This document shows, piece by piece, positions 8,484-19,985 of a stretch of DNA of 64,000 nucleotides. The position numbers and the translations under genes are program-made. The DNA lies in the NCBI GenBank assembly GCA_046758745.1, contig JBHIAV010000011.1, positions 1-64,000 on the forward strand, given 5' to 3'. The stretch comes from Gemmatimonadota bacterium. Lineage in GTDB: Bacteria > Gemmatimonadota > Gemmatimonadetes > Palauibacterales > Palauibacteraceae. The notes beneath the pieces are model-generated. The model saw only the letters and a program-made list of their open reading frames with translations, was not told the DNA's origin and searched no databases. Each line of letters begins with the position of its first letter. The stretch's first letter is position 1.

Positions 8484-10049
8484 ATGATACAGCTCACCGG
8501 AAGCGAGCTATCGATCGATCAGGTGGTGGCCGTGGCGCGCCGGGGGGAGCGAATCGCCCCCCTGTCCGATGCGATCCGCGCCCGCATGCAGAAGAGTCGG
8601 GAGTGGGTGGCGGAGACGGTACGGCGCGGCGAACGGGTAATCTACGGGGTAAACACCGGCTTCGGGCCCCTCGCGCGCCGCCGCATCGCCCCCGAGCAGG
8701 CGAGCACCCTCTCCCGCAACGTCATCCTGAACTGTTGCTCGGGCGTCGGCCCTCCGCTGCCGGCCGATCTGGTTCGCGCGATGATGGTGATCCGGGCCAA
8801 CACGTTGGCCCGCGGGTGCTCGGGGGTCCGTCCCGAGCTTGCCGAGAGCTACATCGGCATGCTGAACGCCGGAGTCACTCCGTACGTGCCTGCCAAGGGC
8901 TCGCTAGGCGCGAGCGGCGACCTGGCGCCCCTCGCGCACATCGCGGCGGTGCTCACCCGCGACCCGGGCGGCGGCAATGGGGGCTACAGCGGGCGCGCGT
9001 GGTGCGGCGACGAGCTGCTGAGCGGCGCGGAAGCGATGAGCCGCGTCGGGCTCCCGCGGCTGGTGCCGGAGGCCAAGGAGGGTCTCGCCCTCACCAACGG
9101 CACCACCTTTATGGTGGCGGCTGGCGCGCTCGCCACGCACGATGGGGAACGGTTGCTCGAGCACGCCCTGATCGCGGCTGCTCTCTCGCTGGAGGGATTG
9201 CGCGCCCTCTCCGAGGCTTTCCACCCGGCGCTGAACGAGGCGAACGCACAGCCCGGACAGGTGGAAGTGGCGGCGCGCCTTCGGGCCCTGGTGGAGGGAA
9301 GCCATCTCATCGACTCCTCTCCCGATCGGGTCCAGGACGCGTACAGCCTTCGTTGCACGCCGCAGGTGCTGGGTCCGATCGGCGACGCCATCGGCTTCAC
9401 GCGCAGCCGCTTCTCGTCGGTGCTGAACGGGATCGACGACAACCCCATCATCTTTCCGGAGCTCCGGGGCAGCCCGGGCGGGGCCGCCCTCTCCGGAGGC
9501 AACTTCCACGGGCAGGGTCCGGCGATGTGGCTCGACTTCCTCGCGATCGCCGTGGCCGAGATCGGGAGCCTCGCCGAGCGACGTGTCTTCCGCCTTCTCA
9601 CCCCGGAGCTGAACGACGGCCTCCCCTCCATGCTGGCGCCGACGGGGGGGCTGGACAGCGGGCTCATGGTTCCGCAGTACACCGCCGCCGCGCTCGTCTC
9701 GGAGAACAAGACCCTCGCCCATCCCGACAGCGTGGACTCGATCCCTTCGAGCGGGAGTCAGGAAGACCACGTGAGCATGGGGGCGAACGCCGCCCGACAT
9801 GCCCTCGAGATCGTTGACAACGTACGGTACATCCTGGCCATCGAGCTGTTGACGGCAGCGCAGGCGGTGGAGCTCCGGCCGAAGGGGCCGGAGCGGCTGG
9901 GGCGCGGAACGACGGCGGCGTGGCAGGCGGTCAGAGAGCGCGTCGCCTTTCTCGAGCACGACCGGGAGCTTGCGCCGGAGATCGAATCGCTGGCCGATCT
10001 CATTCGCTCCGGGCAGCTGCTCGAGGCGGTCCGCCGCGCGGTGGGATAG
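8484..10049 (+). CDS. hutH: Histidine ammonia-lyase family (MIO-dependent) enzyme
   Basis: IYGVNTGFG, GASGDLAPL (ASG MIO triad), QDAYSLRC, GGNFHG, QEDHVSMG; lies in hut cluster. Confidence 0.85.
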   Translation: MIQLTGSELSIDQVVAVARRGERIAPLSDAIRARMQKSREWVAETVRRGERVIYGVNTGFGPLARRRIAPEQASTLSRNVILNCCSGVGPPLPADLVRAMMVIRANTLARGCSGVRPELAESYIGMLNAGVTPYVPAKGSLGASGDLAPLAHIAAVLTRDPGGGNGGYSGRAWCGDELLSGAEAMSRVGLPRLVPEAKEGLALTNGTTFMVAAGALATHDGERLLEHALIAAALSLEGLRALSEAFHPALNEANAQPGQVEVAARLRALVEGSHLIDSSPDRVQDAYSLRCTPQVLGPIGDAIGFTRSRFSSVLNGIDDNPIIFPELRGSPGGAALSGGNFHGQGPAMWLDFLAIAVAEIGSLAERRVFRLLTPELNDGLPSMLAPTGGLDSGLMVPQYTAAALVSENKTLAHPDSVDSIPSSGSQEDHVSMGANAARHALEIVDNVRYILAIELLTAAQAVELRPKGPERLGRGTTAAWQAVRERVAFLEHDRELAPEIESLADLIRSGQLLEAVRRAVG

Positions 10050-10051
10050 GC

Positions 10052-10630
10052 TTGGACGCGAACACCGCAGCGTTCCTCCGGGTCCTGGACGCGAAGGACG
10101 ACTCGACCGGAGGGGGCACCGCCTCGGCGGTGGCCGGGGCGATGGCGGCGGCCCTCGCCGGGATGGTGTCGCGCCTCTCCGTCGGCAAGCAGGGGATGGA
10201 GCCCGAGACCTTCTACCGGGAGATCGGGGGCGAGGCGGAGCGTCTGGCCGCCGAGCTGTTCGACGGCGGGCGTCAGGACTCGGAGGCGTTCGACGCGGTG
10301 ATGTCCGCGTTTCGGCTTCCCAAGGGCACGAACGAGGAGAAGGCGGCGAGATCGAGGGCCATCCAGGAAGCCACCGTGCGCGCCACCCGCGTGCCCCTCG
10401 CCAACGCCGAGCGCGTCGGGCGGGCGCTGGAGCTGGCCGCTCGCCTGAAGGGACGCTCCAACCCGAACGCCGCCTCCGATCTCACCTGCGCGCAGGCACT
10501 GGGGCGGGCGGCCCTCGCCGGCTGCCTGGCCAACGTCGAGATCAATCTGGCCGGAATCCGGGACGAGAAGGTCCGCAGCGAGCTCGCCGCGCGCGCGGCG
10601 GTGCTGCGCGAGGCACACGGGCTCGGCTAG
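10052..10630 (+). CDS. Formiminotetrahydrofolate cyclodeaminase / cyclohydrolase family protein
   Basis: GGGTASAVAGAMAAAL, DSEAFDAVMSAFRLPK, NPNAASD, NVEINL; TTG start inferred. Confidence 0.88.
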   Translation: MDANTAAFLRVLDAKDDSTGGGTASAVAGAMAAALAGMVSRLSVGKQGMEPETFYREIGGEAERLAAELFDGGRQDSEAFDAVMSAFRLPKGTNEEKAARSRAIQEATVRATRVPLANAERVGRALELAARLKGRSNPNAASDLTCAQALGRAALAGCLANVEINLAGIRDEKVRSELAARAAVLREAHGLG

Positions 10631-10640
10631 GGAGCGTGCG

Positions 10641-11534
10641 ATGCGAAAGGTGTTGCTGTGCGAGGCCAACGTCAGCGAGGGACGGCGGGTCGCCGTGGTG
10701 CAGGATCTCATCGCCGCTGTGCGATCGGTCGAAGGGGTGCGCGTAGCCGACCACTCCTCCGACGCCGACCATAACCGCTGCGTGCTCACCTTCCTCGGCA
10801 CGCCGGACGACGTCCTCGAGGCCGCGAAGGCGATGGCGGTCGTCGCGCTCGAGCGGATCGACATGAGCGTTCACCGGGGGGAGCATCCACGCATGGGAGC
10901 GGTGGACGTGGTGCCGTTCGTCCCGATCCGAAACGTGGAAACGAACGAGGCGGTGGAGGTCGCCCGGCGATTCGGTCGCTTCGTCGGCGAGCGGGGCGTG
11001 CCCGTGTACTACTACGAGGATGCGGCCACGCGGCCGGAGCGACGGAGCCTGCCGGCGATCCGCAAGGGACAGTACGAGGGGCTGCCCGAGAAGCTCGCGG
11101 ATCCCGAGTGGCGGCCGGACGAGGGTCCGGCGGAGTTCAACCCGCGCTCCGGCGCGACGGTGACGGGCGCGCGCTTCCCCCTCATCGCGTTCAACGTCAA
11201 CCTTCGAACGACGGATCTTTCGATCGCGCGGACCATCGCCCTCGCCGTGCGTCACATCAGCGGGGGGTACCGCTTCGTGCGCGGGATGGGCTTCGCTCTC
11301 GAAGAGAAGGAGATGGTCCAGGTCTCGATGAATCTCACCGACTACACGCGGACTCCGATCCATCGGGTGCTCGAGACGGTACGCTCGGAGGCCGCACGCT
11401 ACGGCGTGCAGGTCGCCGGGACGGAGGTCATCGGCCCGGTGCCGCTCGCCGCGCTGGAGGAGGTGATCAGGCACTATCTACAGGCGCACGACTTCACGAT
11501 CGAGCAGGTGGTGGAGACGGCGCTCATCGACTGA
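10641..11534 (+). CDS. ftcD: Glutamate formiminotransferase
   Basis: CEANVSEGR, DADHNR, HRGEHPRMGAVDVVPFVP, VQVSMNLTDY. Confidence 0.92.
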   Translation: MRKVLLCEANVSEGRRVAVVQDLIAAVRSVEGVRVADHSSDADHNRCVLTFLGTPDDVLEAAKAMAVVALERIDMSVHRGEHPRMGAVDVVPFVPIRNVETNEAVEVARRFGRFVGERGVPVYYYEDAATRPERRSLPAIRKGQYEGLPEKLADPEWRPDEGPAEFNPRSGATVTGARFPLIAFNVNLRTTDLSIARTIALAVRHISGGYRFVRGMGFALEEKEMVQVSMNLTDYTRTPIHRVLETVRSEAARYGVQVAGTEVIGPVPLAALEEVIRHYLQAHDFTIEQVVETALID

Positions 11535-11632
11535 GAAGGCGGCCGGCGGTCCGAAGGAGGCTCCGCCATTATGCCCGAGGGGCTTCCCGCGGTCTCGTCG
11601 CGCGGAGAGGAACGAGCGGACGCCGGGCCTCC

Positions 11633-12868
11633 ATGAAGCCAAAGGCAGAACTCCTGATAGCCGGAGCCGGCGAGCTCCTCACCTGCGTGCCGGCCGCCGG
11701 TGATCCAGCGGGCCGGATCCACGGCGGTGCCGTCGCCATCGGCGGCGAGCGGATCCTCGCTGCGGGGCCCGAGCCCGAGGTGCGCGCCGCCGTCGATGCG
11801 AGCGGAGCCCGGGTGATCGAGGCGGCGGGCGCGGCGGTCGCCCCCGGCTTCGTAGACAGCCATACGCACCTCGTGTTCGGCGGGTCGCGCTCGGCGGAGT
11901 ACACGGCCCGGCTGACCCGCTCGCGCCGGGAGGTGGAGGCGCTCGGCATCCCGACCGGCATCGGGGCCACCGTGCGCATGACTCGGGCCGCATCGGGCGA
12001 TGAGCTCCTCGAGAGCGCGCTCGCGCGGGTAGCCGGAATGCTGCGCTTCGGCACCACCACCGTCGAGAGCAAGAGCGGCTACGGCCTGAGCACGGAGCAC
12101 GAGCTACGCATGCTCGGGGTGAACGCCCGGCTGGCCGCCGCGCAGCCCGTCGACGTGGTGAGCACCTTCCTCGGTGCGCACGCTTTCCCGGAAGAGATGT
12201 CGCGGGGCGCGTACGTGGAGTGCGTGATCGAGGAGATGCTCCCCGAAGTGGCGCAGCGCGGGCTCGCGGAGTTCTGCGACGTCTTTCTCGATGACGGCTA
12301 CTACACGGTGGCCGAGGCGCGACGCATCCTGGAGGCGGGGCGCGAGGCCGGGTTGCGACTCAAGCTGCACACCGACCAATACGCCGCCCTGGGTGGCGCT
12401 GCGTTGGCGGCCGAGCTCGAGGTCGTTTCCGCGGACCACCTCAACTACGCGGACGGGGATTCCCTCCGCCGGCTGGCCGAGGCGAAGGTCACCGCGGTCG
12501 GCACTCCTCTTCTCGACTTCGCCGTCCGCCATCCGCGGCCGTTCGACGCGCGCGGCATGCTGGAGGCCGGTCTCACCCTCGCCCTCGCCACGGACCTCTG
12601 CCCGGGGTGCTGGGCGGAGTCGATGCAGCTGGCGATCCAATTCGCCTGCCGCGCCTACGCTCTCTCTGCCGAGGAGGCGCTGTATGCGGCCACGGTCGGA
12701 GGCGCGCGGGCGCTCGGCCTGGAGGACCGCGGCGCCATCGCACCCGGCCTCCTCGCCGACGTGCAGATGTGGAAGGTCGCGAGCCTCGAGGAGATGGTCT
12801 ACCGGTTGGGAGACAACGCCGTGGCGCTGGTCATCAAGCGCGGCGAGATTGTGGTGGAGGCACGGTGA
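11633..12868 (+). CDS. hutI: Imidazolonepropionase
   Basis: PGFVDSHTHLVFGGSR, GTTTVESKSGYGL, TFLGAHA, SADHL. Confidence 0.9.
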   Translation: MKPKAELLIAGAGELLTCVPAAGDPAGRIHGGAVAIGGERILAAGPEPEVRAAVDASGARVIEAAGAAVAPGFVDSHTHLVFGGSRSAEYTARLTRSRREVEALGIPTGIGATVRMTRAASGDELLESALARVAGMLRFGTTTVESKSGYGLSTEHELRMLGVNARLAAAQPVDVVSTFLGAHAFPEEMSRGAYVECVIEEMLPEVAQRGLAEFCDVFLDDGYYTVAEARRILEAGREAGLRLKLHTDQYAALGGAALAAELEVVSADHLNYADGDSLRRLAEAKVTAVGTPLLDFAVRHPRPFDARGMLEAGLTLALATDLCPGCWAESMQLAIQFACRAYALSAEEALYAATVGGARALGLEDRGAIAPGLLADVQMWKVASLEEMVYRLGDNAVALVIKRGEIVVEAR

Positions 12869-12925
12869 GCGTTTCCGGCCGGCGCTGGGAAGCGAGGGCC
12901 TCGACATGCCGCAGGTAGACTCGAC

Positions 12926-14596
<1,671 letters not shown>

Positions 14597-14640
14597 GGTG
14601 CCTTCCGCTCGTACCGGCGGGGTCGGGGAGCGGGCGGCGA

Positions 14641-16983
14641 CTACTCCCCGTCGGCGGACTCCCCGTCGGCGGACTCCCCGTCGGTCGAGCCGAGCACCCT
14701 GCGCAGCGCCTCGCGGTCCTCCTTCCCGGCGAACAGGGTGGCGCCCGTCTTCATCAGATCCGACACGACCTCCGGAAGCGGCCGGATCGCCCGCTCCCTC
14801 CGGTACTCGCTGATGTCGCCGATGAAGGGCCACAGCCGCTGACGGATATCGGGCGGCAGAACCTGCTCCAGGTACTCGAGCGAGTAGCTTTTCAGGTTCT
14901 CGTCGTCGAGGATGATGCCGTGATAGGCAGAGCGCACCGCCTCCGGTTCGAGCACGAAGCTGAGGAGGCGGAAGGTGTGTTCGAGGCTTAGCTCGCCGCG
15001 CACGCCGGCTCGCCGCGCGACGAAGTCGTCTTCGCTGGATTCCGTCCTGTCGAGCAGCCTCTGCAGCTCCCACACGGGTCGCTCGCGGCTCAGCTCCCGG
15101 CGCACCGCCTCCCACACGTGGGCCTTCCAGTCTCCCCTCACCTCCGGCATCCGGTCGCGGCGCCGGCGGGCCAACGCGAGGGCGGCACGGTAGCGGATCT
15201 CGAAGCGCGACGCACCGAGGGCGTCGACCAGGGCCGCGTCGGCTTCCTGTGCGCCGATTCTGGCCAGCGCTCCCGGGATGCGGCGTCGGATGACGAAGTC
15301 GGCGCTCTCGTCGGCGAGCAGGGTCGCCAGATGCGGGACGGCCGGCTCGCCGATGGCGGCGAGCGCCTCGATGACCCGCTCGGCCAGGGCGTCTCGGGCC
15401 AGGACGCGGACGAGAGCGGGAACGTGCTCCTCCCCCCACCGCCGCGGCTCGGAAAGGGCGGCCGCCAGAAGGCCCACGTCGGACGAGGCCAGCACGGCGC
15501 TCAGGTCGCGGGGAGCATCCCGCCGTCCCCCCGGTGGCGGGAGCGAGGCGGGCCGCTCCTCAGGCTCCGCAGGGACCGAGGCTCTCCCTTCCAGCCCGAG
15601 ACCGCGAGCGCGCAGTGCGTCCGTCATGTCCATTCGCGTCACGGTAGCCGTGAGAGCATCCCGACCTGCGAGCCGTCGATCGAGCCCCGGCGATACCGGC
15701 CTCTCGCCGCCCTCCGCCAGCCTCTCCTTGAGCGTGACGAAGTACCGGCGGCCCATCGCCCGGCTCAGGAAGAGGAAGAGCACGGCCAGGAGGATGACGA
15801 AGATGGAGAGGTAACGTGACGGCAGGCCGGGGAGGGTCACCCACAGGAAGACGATGAGGGCTCCGAGGCCTTCCGCGACGCTGTCCACGGTGAAGTCGAT
15901 GAGCGTCTTCGTCTTTCGGCGCAGCAGCGGTGGCACCGGCACGTACAGGAACTCGATCACCGAGCGATGCAGCGACTTACGGAGCGAGGTGTCGGCGCCG
16001 CGCACGAGCGTCGCGAGGGCGAGTCCGGGCGCGACGAGGAGACCGGTCGACCCGAGAAGCAGAACGGCCGGCAAGATGGAGAGGCTCCACGCGACCCCGG
16101 CCGTCGCCATCAGCCGGGAGGTCACGAGGAGCTGCACGGCGAGCGAGATACCGCCGGTCCACCCGTAGAACGCGCCGAAGAAGCTCGCCAGCTGTTCCTT
16201 CGTGACCAGGCTGGCGCGGACCTGCTCCTTGAACTGATAGTCGACCAGCGTGCTCGCCATGGTCGCGGTCAGGACGATCAGTGCGATAGTTCGGAGGTGC
16301 GGTGTTCTCCAGACGGGCCTCGGACCCTCCCGGAGGGAGGTGATCCTCTCCTCCGGGCTCCTCTTCGAGGCCGGAGCGGCCGACGCCGCGGTGGGGCGGG
16401 GGAGCAGGCGCTGGATCCCGATGAGGAGGAGGAGAAACAGCGGGAGGAGGGCGATGAGCCACACCGAGTCGAAACGGGCCGTCAGCCAGCGCACCGAGTT
16501 GCCCGTCACCATCGCTCCCAGTGTGCCGCCCGCGCTGATCAGCCCGAACAGCCGTTTGGCCCCACGCACCGGGAACTGCTCCGACGTCGCGACCCAGAAG
16601 CCGGAGGTGAGGAGCAGCGTCCCTCCCGCCGTCCACAGGTAGAAGGCGATGACCCCTGCGTCCTGGCGGCCCACGAGCGGCCACACCAGGAGGAGTCCGC
16701 CGGCCAGGAAGAGAGCCACCTTCGTCAGGGCCTCCCGCGGATTCTCGTGCGCGAGATAGCGGGAGAAGAGGGCCACGGCCGGCAGGCCGAGCACCGCCAC
16801 CGCGATCGTGATGTAGGGGAGGGTGGTGACGTCGAACACGTCGAGGTAGAGGGCCTCGCGCAGAGACCGCGCGAGGACGAGGAAGGAGATGACGAGAAAG
16901 GCCCCGAGGAAGGAGACGACGACCCTGCGCACCTCGTTCGGCCGAATGTCCAGCCAGCGGGCCAGATTCTCGGAGAGGCTCAT
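14641..16983 (-). CDS. TLC/Npt-type nucleotide transporter-like MFS protein with C-terminal HEAT repeats
   Basis: Many TM segments with AKRLFGLISAGGTLG and TLVDYQFK motifs, then a helical HEAT-like domain (RRRIPGALARIG, IRYRAALAL). Confidence 0.75.
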   Translation of the reverse strand: MSLSENLARWLDIRPNEVRRVVVSFLGAFLVISFLVLARSLREALYLDVFDVTTLPYITIAVAVLGLPAVALFSRYLAHENPREALTKVALFLAGGLLLVWPLVGRQDAGVIAFYLWTAGGTLLLTSGFWVATSEQFPVRGAKRLFGLISAGGTLGAMVTGNSVRWLTARFDSVWLIALLPLFLLLLIGIQRLLPRPTAASAAPASKRSPEERITSLREGPRPVWRTPHLRTIALIVLTATMASTLVDYQFKEQVRASLVTKEQLASFFGAFYGWTGGISLAVQLLVTSRLMATAGVAWSLSILPAVLLLGSTGLLVAPGLALATLVRGADTSLRKSLHRSVIEFLYVPVPPLLRRKTKTLIDFTVDSVAEGLGALIVFLWVTLPGLPSRYLSIFVILLAVLFLFLSRAMGRRYFVTLKERLAEGGERPVSPGLDRRLAGRDALTATVTRMDMTDALRARGLGLEGRASVPAEPEERPASLPPPGGRRDAPRDLSAVLASSDVGLLAAALSEPRRWGEEHVPALVRVLARDALAERVIEALAAIGEPAVPHLATLLADESADFVIRRRIPGALARIGAQEADAALVDALGASRFEIRYRAALALARRRRDRMPEVRGDWKAHVWEAVRRELSRERPVWELQRLLDRTESSEDDFVARRAGVRGELSLEHTFRLLSFVLEPEAVRSAYHGIILDDENLKSYSLEYLEQVLPPDIRQRLWPFIGDISEYRRERAIRPLPEVVSDLMKTGATLFAGKEDREALRRVLGSTDGESADGESADGE
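14643..14684. repeat. Nearly 3 x 15-bp tandem repeat encoding the C-terminal DGESA-DGESA-DGE
   Basis: actccccgtcggcgg repeated. Confidence 0.85.
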
Positions 16984-17122
16984 TGGGCGGCTGGCCGGAG
17001 GGGATCCGGATCGCGAGTCGGCGGAGCCGAATCAGCGAGCCCTTCAGGGACGACGCGCTGGCGGAGCCGGTCGTGACGGACGGACCGCTGACCGGTTTCG
17101 AGTCGGCCAAGTCGGCTGAGCC

Positions 17123-18478
17123 CTACTTGGGAAGGCCATGCCGTATGACGAGGTCCATCACCTCCACGAACCGGTCGAGCTCCTCGAGAGTGGTGTAGAC
17201 GCTCGGAGAGATCCGAAGCCCCCGGAACTCATCATGCGTGATCGGCGTGGAGAGAATGCGATGCTTCTCCCACAGCCACGCCGCGAGCGCTCCCGGTTCG
17301 ATCCCCTCGATCTCCACCGTCGCGATCCCGCACGCGAACCCCGGCTTCAGGCTCGTGTGCAGACGGACCCGGTCGCGTTCCAGCAGGCGGCGAGCCCAGT
17401 AGTCCCGAAGGTAGATGAGGCGCGCCTCCTTGCGCTTGCCGCCTATGCCCTGATGGAAGGTGAGGGCCTCCGCGATCGCCAGGTAGTTGGCGGCCGGATG
17501 GGTCCCGATCTCCTCGAACTTTCGGATGTCTTCATCCATCTCCTCCGAGGCGGCCATGAGCGGCCACAGGTCGACGATCTTGTCGCGCCGCACGTACAGC
17601 AGGCCGGTTCCGTGCGGGGCGAAGAGCCATTTGTGCAGGCTCGTCGAGTAGTAGTCGCAGTCGAGATCCGAGATCTTGAAGTCGAAGTGGGCGAGCGCGT
17701 GCGCTCCGTCTACGATGACGGGGATGCCGCGCGCTCGGGCCATCCGCACCACGTCCCGAACCGGCAGGATCTGTCCGGTGAGGTTGATCATGTGGCACAT
17801 CAGGATGAGCCTCGTGCGGCGCGTTACGGCCTCCTCGAAGCGGCGCACGACCTCCGCTGTATCTTCGGCGGGCGTGGGGATGGAGATCTGGCGCAGTACG
17901 ACGCCCTGGCGGCGCTCGCGCTGCTCGAAGGTGGTGATCATCCGAGGATAGTCCTGGTTGGTCGTCAGGATCTCGTCCCCCGGCTCGAGGTCGAAGCCGA
18001 ACTGACAGATCTGCAGGCTCTCGGAAGCGTTCCGGGTGAGCGCGATCTCCTCCGCATCAGTGTTCCACTCCCTGGCCAACCGGGCGCGCACCCCTTCACG
18101 CTGCGGCTCCAGAACCCGCCACATCGTGTAGACGGGAGCCTGGTTCGAGTAATCGAGGTGGCGTTTCATGGCGTCCTGGACGAAGGCCGGGGAGGGGCTG
18201 ACGCCGCCGTTGTTCAGGTTGATGAGGCTCCGGTCGACCGTGAAGGCGCGCGCCACCTCGTCCCAGAAGTCCTCGTCCGCGGCGACCTGATCGGGGGCTC
18301 CCGGACGCGCCGCCAGCTCGGCGGCGATGCGGCTCGCCCGCCCGGCCGAGAGCCGGGGCGCGGGGAACGGTATGCCGGCGACCGCGGCGAAGGTGGGCAG
18401 GCCGATCGCCCCGAGGAAGCGGCGCCGGTCGTACAGCCCTTGGACGCCGTGCCCGCCGGAGCCAGTCCGGATCCTCAT
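17123..18478 (-). CDS. Class V PLP-dependent aminotransferase (cysteine desulfurase/isopenicillin N epimerase-like) with Tat signal
   Basis: RRRFLG twin-arginine motif; NLNNGGVSP, VDGAHA, SLHKWLFAPHGTG. Confidence 0.88.
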   Translation of the reverse strand: MRIRTGSGGHGVQGLYDRRRFLGAIGLPTFAAVAGIPFPAPRLSAGRASRIAAELAARPGAPDQVAADEDFWDEVARAFTVDRSLINLNNGGVSPSPAFVQDAMKRHLDYSNQAPVYTMWRVLEPQREGVRARLAREWNTDAEEIALTRNASESLQICQFGFDLEPGDEILTTNQDYPRMITTFEQRERRQGVVLRQISIPTPAEDTAEVVRRFEEAVTRRTRLILMCHMINLTGQILPVRDVVRMARARGIPVIVDGAHALAHFDFKISDLDCDYYSTSLHKWLFAPHGTGLLYVRRDKIVDLWPLMAASEEMDEDIRKFEEIGTHPAANYLAIAEALTFHQGIGGKRKEARLIYLRDYWARRLLERDRVRLHTSLKPGFACGIATVEIEGIEPGALAAWLWEKHRILSTPITHDEFRGLRISPSVYTTLEELDRFVEVMDLVIRHGLPK

Positions 18479-18574
18479 GTGGCGGTCTGCGTTCTCATGC
18501 GTCGGTCCAGGCTCCGGCGGAGCCGGACGGCCCGTATGGCCCCCTGGGCTCCGCCGCTCGGCGGCCGAATCCCC

Positions 18575-19228
18575 CTACGGCCGCATCCCCATGCCCGGCA
18601 TCTCCTGGGGGGTCTCGGTGATCGAGGAAGTAGCGTCGGTGCCGTGCCCGGCGAGCGCCATTCCCGTACCGTCGTCGGACCTCCCCTTCACGAAGCCGAA
18701 GGGCACCTCCTTCGTGACCCACGCTTCGCCGTTCGGACTCCGCAGGTGCGTAGCCCGGTACGTGCCGGCCGGCACGGTGACGTCCTCCGTTCCGACGACC
18801 TCCGACGCCTCGCACTCCGCGGCGAAGTCCATGATCTTCCCCTGGGAGGCCATGTCTCGCATAAACCCGAGCATGCTCTCCGGCGCCTTCATCGCCGGCT
18901 GATCTCCCACCTTCATCACCATCCCCTGGATCTGCTCCGGGCTGAAGCCGATGCGAGGGACGAGCACCTGCGTGATCAGCGGCGTGCTGCCGCCCGTCAT
19001 CTTCATCTCGATCCACTGCAGCGTCTCACCGTTCTTCTCCTCTTCACCGACGACGGCGATTCGCACCGATTCCGCATCGGTGCTTCCTCCCGACATGCGA
19101 TACAGAACCCATTGGCCGACTTGCGACTGCCTGAATGGATCACACAGGTCGGTCGTCGGCTGGGCGGCGGCGGGGGCCTGAGCGACAAAGAGCGCCAGGC
19201 ACGATACAGCCAGGATGCGTCGTAGCAT
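18575..19228 (-). CDS. Secreted hypothetical protein (VTVPAGT[YF] motif, DUF3108-like)
   Basis: Signal peptide MLRRILAVSCLALFVAQAPAAAQ; EDVTVPAGTY, VPFGFVK; strong GC3 codon bias. Confidence 0.7.
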   Translation of the reverse strand: MLRRILAVSCLALFVAQAPAAAQPTTDLCDPFRQSQVGQWVLYRMSGGSTDAESVRIAVVGEEEKNGETLQWIEMKMTGGSTPLITQVLVPRIGFSPEQIQGMVMKVGDQPAMKAPESMLGFMRDMASQGKIMDFAAECEASEVVGTEDVTVPAGTYRATHLRSPNGEAWVTKEVPFGFVKGRSDDGTGMALAGHGTDATSSITETPQEMPGMGMRP

Positions 19229-19471
19229 GCCGTAACTCCAGTTGTGGTAGTCGACGCTTCGCGCGTGCGCCGGGCACGCGGCCAGCGGCACACGTCGGGG
19301 CGGAGATCGCCTCGCCCCGCTCGATCGGAACCTTACCTCCGAGAGAGGAAAGCGGCCAGCCCGACGACCGGGTGGGGCGGAACCATCCCCCTCCTACCCC
19401 ATTGTGTAGTATAGAGTGCGGGGGGGGGCGGGACACTCGAAGGGCATCCATGAGGGGCTGCGAGGTGTGAA

Positions 19472-19909
19472 ATGACCGGACGCGGATGGGCTCGCCTTTT
19501 TTGCCGCATGATCGTGGGACTGCTCTTCCTGATGGCGGGGTGGTTCAAGGTCTTCGAGATGACGCCCATGGGGCACGCCACCAGGCTCTTCACCGAGCCG
19601 TATGCCGACACGTGGATCCCGCACTTCGTGTTGCTCCTTCTCGGCCTGGCGATCCCGATAGTCGAGCTCCTCGCGGGCTTCCTCCTCGTGGTGGGGTGGA
19701 GGACCCGCGAGGCCCTGGTGGCGCTCGGCGTGATTCTCGTCATCGTGACCTACGGTCACACGCTCAAGGAGCCGATCTTCAGCATCGCCGAGCACATCCT
19801 GCCGCGGGCAGCGCTCATCGTGGCGGCGCTCGTCCTGCCGGCGGAGGAGGACGCGCTGTCTGTGGACGGGTGGCTGGCGCGCCGGGGAGTGCGTGGTGCC
19901 GGTCCCTGA
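19472..19909 (+). CDS. DoxX family membrane protein
   Basis: RMIVGLLFLMAGWFK, IPIVELLAGFLLVVGWRTR, LSVD. Confidence 0.85.
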   Translation: MTGRGWARLFCRMIVGLLFLMAGWFKVFEMTPMGHATRLFTEPYADTWIPHFVLLLLGLAIPIVELLAGFLLVVGWRTREALVALGVILVIVTYGHTLKEPIFSIAEHILPRAALIVAALVLPAEEDALSVDGWLARRGVRGAGP

Positions 19910-19985
19910 CGCGCCGGAGACTGCGTGGTGCCGGTCCCCGACGCGCCGGAGACTGCGTGGTGCCGGTCCCCGACGCGCCGGAGAG
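19890..19985. repeat. 3 x 32-bp tandem repeat plus degenerate partial fourth copy
   Basis: tgcgtggtgccggtccc[tc]gacgcgccggaga[cg] at 19890, 19922, 19954; no spacers. Confidence 0.95.
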
